Source: Mytilus californianus
Taxonomy: Eukaryota
Assembly (NCBI RefSeq): GCF_021869535.1
Contig: NW_026262679.1
Location: 111,352,001 to 111,416,000, forward strand
Length of the DNA: 64,000 bases
Direction of reading: 5' to 3'
A program made the position numbers and the translations under genes. Positions 59,197 through 64,000 of this stretch are shown here, piece after piece. Position 1 is the first letter of the stretch, and every line of letters starts with the position of its first letter. The notes beneath the pieces are model-generated. The model saw nothing but the letters and a program-made list of their open reading frames with translations. It ran no database searches and was not told the DNA's origin.

Positions 59197-62100
59197 ATGA
59201 GTATTGATAATAATATTACAGTCTTATCTATGAATGTAAGGGTCATATTTTCGAGCAAGAAAAAAAGATTAGATATTTTTGATTGGGTAAGAGGTAAAAA
59301 TGCATCTATTGTTTGTTTTCAAGAGATCCACAGTAATGAGGATATCGAGAAACTTTGGCAAGACGAATGGGGTAATACATGCATTTTCAGTCACTGCAAC
59401 AATAAAAGTGCTGGTGTTAGTGTGATGTTTAACAAGGGTCTGGATTTTAAGATTCATGATTCTAAAATAGACCAGAAAGGTCGTTTTATTGTTCTAGACT
59501 TATCATTATATGAACAAAGGCTTACCTTTTTCACCGTTTATGGATTTAATACAGATGAACCATCATTGTTTAGTGATATTTTACACAACATCACTTGCTA
59601 CACTAATACTAGCATCTTAATGTGTGGTGACTGGAATGTTGTACAAGATTTTCAGACGGACACTTATAATATTCTGCACAATAGAAATTTAAACTCTCGT
59701 AATAAGATTAAAGAAATTTTACAAACTTTTGAACTTTTGGATCCATGGAGAACCTGTCATCCTGATGACAGAAACTTAACATGGCATCAAACCTCTCCTA
59801 TCAAGCAGAGTCGACTAGATTACTTTTTATTAAGTGAAGACTTATTTTCACTTATGAAAAATACAAAAAATATACCTGGATACAAAAACGATCACTCGGC
59901 CATTGTTTTCACATTTTCTGCCAGTCTTGATAAAAGGGGTAAGGGATATTGGAAGTTTAATTCACAGTTGTTGAGAGATACTGCGTATGTTGAAAAGGTA
60001 AAGATGTGTATTAAGGACACTGTTTCTGAGTTTTATTTTTCAGACAATTTAGATGACCCATTGCATGTACAATTTACTTGTAATGATTTTTTTTTCTGGA
60101 AGTACTGAAGATAAAAATCAGATCCTTGTCCATTACACACAGTATATCTAAATCAAAAGAAGAGAAAAATACTACTCTGAAACTTGAAGAGGATATACAA
60201 AATTTAGATATTATTATGAATACATCCCCTACTGAAGCTGTACAGACCACTTTATATGACAAAAAAGTGGAGTTAGAATCCATGAGAGAGCAGAAGATAG
60301 AGGGTATACTTTTACGGTCCAGGGCAAACTGGCATGAAAATGGTGAAAAATGTTCTCAATATTTTTGTAAATTAGAAAAGAGAAATTTTATAAAGAAGAC
60401 AATGGTTGAAATGATTGGTGATCAGGGTAATCAAATTTCAGACCAATCCAAGATTCTATCAGAACAACATAATTTTTATAAAAATTTGTTTTCAGACAGA
60501 AAAATTGATTGTTCAAATGAAAGCTTTTTCTCACAATGTTGCCCTTACACAGGAACAACATAACCTGTGTGAGGTTAACTTAACATATTAGGAATGTTCT
60601 ATGGCATTGAATAAGATGAAAAATGGAAAATCCCCAGGAAGCGATGGATTTACTGTCTTGTATACCAAAAGAAGGAAAAGATATGCGATATATTAGTAAT
60701 TGGCAACCTATCAGCCTTTTAAATACAGAAATTAAAATAGCTTCTGAAGCAATAGCAAACAGAGTCAAGTCTGTATTACCATATATTATTAGTGACATTC
60801 AAAAGGGATTTATAAAGGGGAGGTTAATTGGGAGAATACTGGATTATTGTACGATTTGATGCACTATCTTGAATACCATAACATGAGTGCCTTACTTTTA
60901 TTGGTTGATTTTGAAAAGGCATTTGACTCTGTTGACTGGGTCTATTACAAAAAGCATTAAAAAGTTTTAATTTTGGTCCTTCGATGTGCAGATGGTACAA
61001 GACTCTACAAAAGTGCTAAAAGTTGTGTAATCAACAATGGCCATTTATCATTTTTTATCAATCTTGAGAGAGGTTGCCGACAAGAGGATACGCTCTCCCC
61101 TTATTTGTTTGTTATTGGTGTAGAGTTATTATCTTTTAAACTTAAGTCCAACCCAAATATTCAAAGTGTCCTCATCAATGAAAAACAAACACTATTAAGT
61201 CAGTATGCAGAATATACCTTTCTTACTTTAGATGGTAGTGAGACATCACTACAAGAAAGCCTCGATAGTTTTGATTCTTTTTACATGTTATCTGGATTAA
61301 AAATGAACAGATCAAAGACAAGAGCTGTTTGGATTGGTAACAAAAAATATTCTGATCACATATTGTGTCCTAATTACAATCTTATGTGGTCACATACAAA
61401 CTTTAGTATTTTAGGAATACATTTTTCTCTTGATTTAAAATGCATTCTCGATATTAATTTTAGAAAGAAGATCAAAGAGGTTTCAGCTATACTAAAAAGC
61501 TGGCAACATAGAAAATTAACATTACTAGGTAAAATCACTGTAATTCAGACTCTGGCATTGCCAAGATTGATTCATTTGTTGACTGCTCTGCCGAATTTAC
61601 CTCACTCACAATTAAATGAACTAAATACTATGTTTTTTAATTTCATATGGAATGGTAAGACTGATAGAGTCAAGCTTAGTACTCTTATTGCAGATTTTTC
61701 ACAGGGAGGATTAAATATGGTGCATTTGCAGTCTTTCTGTACATATCTTAAATTATCTTGGGTAAAGAGATTTTTATCAAATTCAGACTGTACTTGGCAG
61801 AATGTATTACTTGCAGAACTAAAACAGTTAGGTGGTGACAGAGTCTTTACATTACAAAAGGATAAGATTAAAGAAATTTCTAATTGCTTAAAAAATCCAT
61901 TTTGGAAAGACATATTTTGTTGTCTACACATGGCAAAGCCTTATACAAAGTTATGTGTTCCAAAAATTTTATCATTGGATATTTTAAACTTTATACCAGT
62001 ATCTGAATACCCTGTTTATATGAAATGGAAGTTATATGGTATACAATTTATAAAGGACATTGTAGATAGTCAAAGCAAATCATTGTTAACATTTCAACAA

Positions 62101-62370
62101 GTAAGACGAAAACTTAATATTGAAAATTTTTTGATATACTACAGTTTATTATCTAACATTCCAAAATACATCAAAAGAAACATCAAAGATTATTGTGATT
62201 TGAACTTAGAAAATTTTGTTCCTTTTGATGCATTTTCTAAAAAGATCAAGGAAAATAAGAAGTTGAAATTTGTATACATAGATCTTGTAGATAAAATATG
62301 CATACTCCCAAATGAGAAATTTTTTAAATGGGAGGAAGTAACAAATTCTGAAATCTTAGAATGGTCTTAG
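59197..62370 (+). mobile_element. L1/Tx1-clade LINE ORF2 (AP endonuclease + reverse transcriptase), fragmented
   Basis: Endonuclease motifs SMNVR, CFQEIH, MCGDWN, SRLDYFL, DHSAI in 59197-60108. RT motifs KSPGSDGF, NWQPISLLN, DFEKAFDSV, RGCRQEDTLSPYLF, and YAEY in place of YADD (61204-61215). Split over at least four ORFs; no ORF1 upstream. Confidence 0.93.
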
Positions 62371-62419
62371 TATTTTTATCTTCTGTCAAGATGTTGTAGA
62401 GATACATATTGAATCATAA

Positions 62420-62608
62420 TTTTCTGTCGATATGCACATCTACATAGTATTTCCTTATTATCTACAACGTTTCATGAATTTCTGTTGTGTGGTTTCAGAG
62501 GAGTTGCAATGACAAGAACAGGACTGACGGACGGACAGACAGACGGACGGACAGACGGACGGGTCAAAAACATAAATGTCGACGCAATAAATTGTGTGGG
62601 GGTATAAT
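62420..62608 (-). mobile_element. HINE terminal fragment truncating the LINE 3' end
   Basis: (GACG/GACA)n microsatellite and ggggtataat terminus. Confidence 0.6.
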
Positions 62609-63991
62609 TAGGCTGGTGACAAACAGTCTCCCAGTAAAGATATCAAACCAATGATTAATGATAACATTTAACGGTACAAAATTTACAGCAGCAGAAGCGC
62701 GTGAAATATTGTATAGATACCTGTTAATTGTTGACTATTTGTATCCCTTTAGATGTCTTTTGTTTATTTTTGTCATTGGGTTGTGCAATACATTGTAAGC
62801 TAAACATTTGTTTCCGTATCGCATTAATGATTCAACTACAATTATATAATCATGCCAATGTGTAAAATTTGAATTAATCAATAAATAAAATCTTAACACT
62901 AACTCCACAATACCAGTATCCTAGAAAACAGAATCAATGAATAAAATCTTAACACTAACTCCACAATACCAGTATCCTAGAAAACAGAATCAATAAATAA
63001 AATCTTAACAATAACTCCACAATACCAGTATCCTAGAAAACAGAATCAATAAATAAAATCTTAACACTAGTACTAACTCCACAATAACAGTATCCTAGAT
63101 AACAACGACGATAAATCTTAGAATGATCGTCACCTCAATGTATTTATCTTGCTGATATCAACAACTCTAATTTTGATGACTGTACTTCACGCAGAGATTT
63201 TATAAAGCACAATTATAAGAACACACTTGTACAATTCCATGAACAAATATGTACAGCAGAAAATCAATGCAGAATAAAACAAATGTAACGTTGTAGTCTT
63301 GTTTCTGAACTTGTTAGCTTTAGAAATATTATCATCATTCTTGTTCATGTATATATTTTGCAGCAGGTGGAATCATACGTCACAATAAAACTCAACTCTT
63401 GCGCTATAATTTAGATACACTTTTGTTAGCAATTTATGAAATCTATATCCCCGTTTTAAAAGTTATTTAGTACGTTAACAGAACGTTTTCCTGGTCTGCA
63501 TGTATTACATGTAGATGGAAAAAGACCAAATTGAACATTTAAGTCTAATTTCGGATAATAAATGAACAACATTAGTCTATTCAGTTAGCCAAAGACTGAG
63601 AGTAAAGCGGCCCTCTAATCTTGTTAGCTTAATGAATTACGCCCCCCTTTTTTTGTCTGATTCCGGCAAAAGTGATATTGTACTTCAACACTAAATTTCA
63701 ATATTTGCTATTAACATAAGAAACAGTTTTGATCAATTTGTGAAATCTATATCCCACTTGTAAAAGTTCTTAAATATATCAACAGAAAGTCTTCCTGGTT
63801 CGTATTAAAACTGTTTTATGGTACAAATTACACACCATGCACAACAGACATAATTTAACACCTTAGTAAGTGTTTGAATACTATTTCTATCAATACTAAC
63901 ATTGACTTTGTTTTTGATAAATTAAATCACAACTAGATATGTAGTGTTGTACTGATATGAAAGGTTGTGGTCCTACATCCTGTCAATATTA
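62606..63991 (+). repeat. 1.4-kb duplicated block, copy 2
   Basis: Direct copy of 26803-28330 with scattered substitutions and three fewer 56-bp units. Confidence 0.92.
62876..63103. repeat. 56-bp tandem repeat, 4 units (counterpart of 27060-27455)
   Basis: Same unit with gaaaacag in place of gataacag. Confidence 0.92.
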
Positions 63992-64000
63992 AGTATTGTA

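Overview
AT-rich eukaryotic genomic DNA with spliceosomal introns and dense repeats; the repeat families point to a bivalve, probably Mytilus (inference). No prokaryotic features, CRISPR arrays, rRNA or true tRNA genes are supported. Gene content: (1) a CABCOCO1/C10orf107-like ciliary gene on the minus strand, 7 exons at 1998-12167, terminal exon not found in the window; (2) two tail-to-tail, single-coding-exon paralogues encoding 776-aa signal-peptide plus multi-pass membrane proteins of a family I cannot name (24144-26474 +, apparently starting at ACG; 30661-32991 -); (3) an intact 7-exon HPGD-like short-chain dehydrogenase (37147-44434 +, 267 aa); (4) a decayed ALDH1/ALDH2-type gene (50807-57846 -) with a lost splice donor, a +1 frameshift and two missing exons; (5) a broken L1/Tx1-clade LINE ORF2 (59197-62370). 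The rest is SINEs, MITEs, HINE/DINE-like elements, CR1/L2 and Penelope fragments, several minisatellites and a 1.5-kb block present twice. The best candidate for undescribed biology is the membrane-protein pair. All alignments, exon chains and counts were done by eye.
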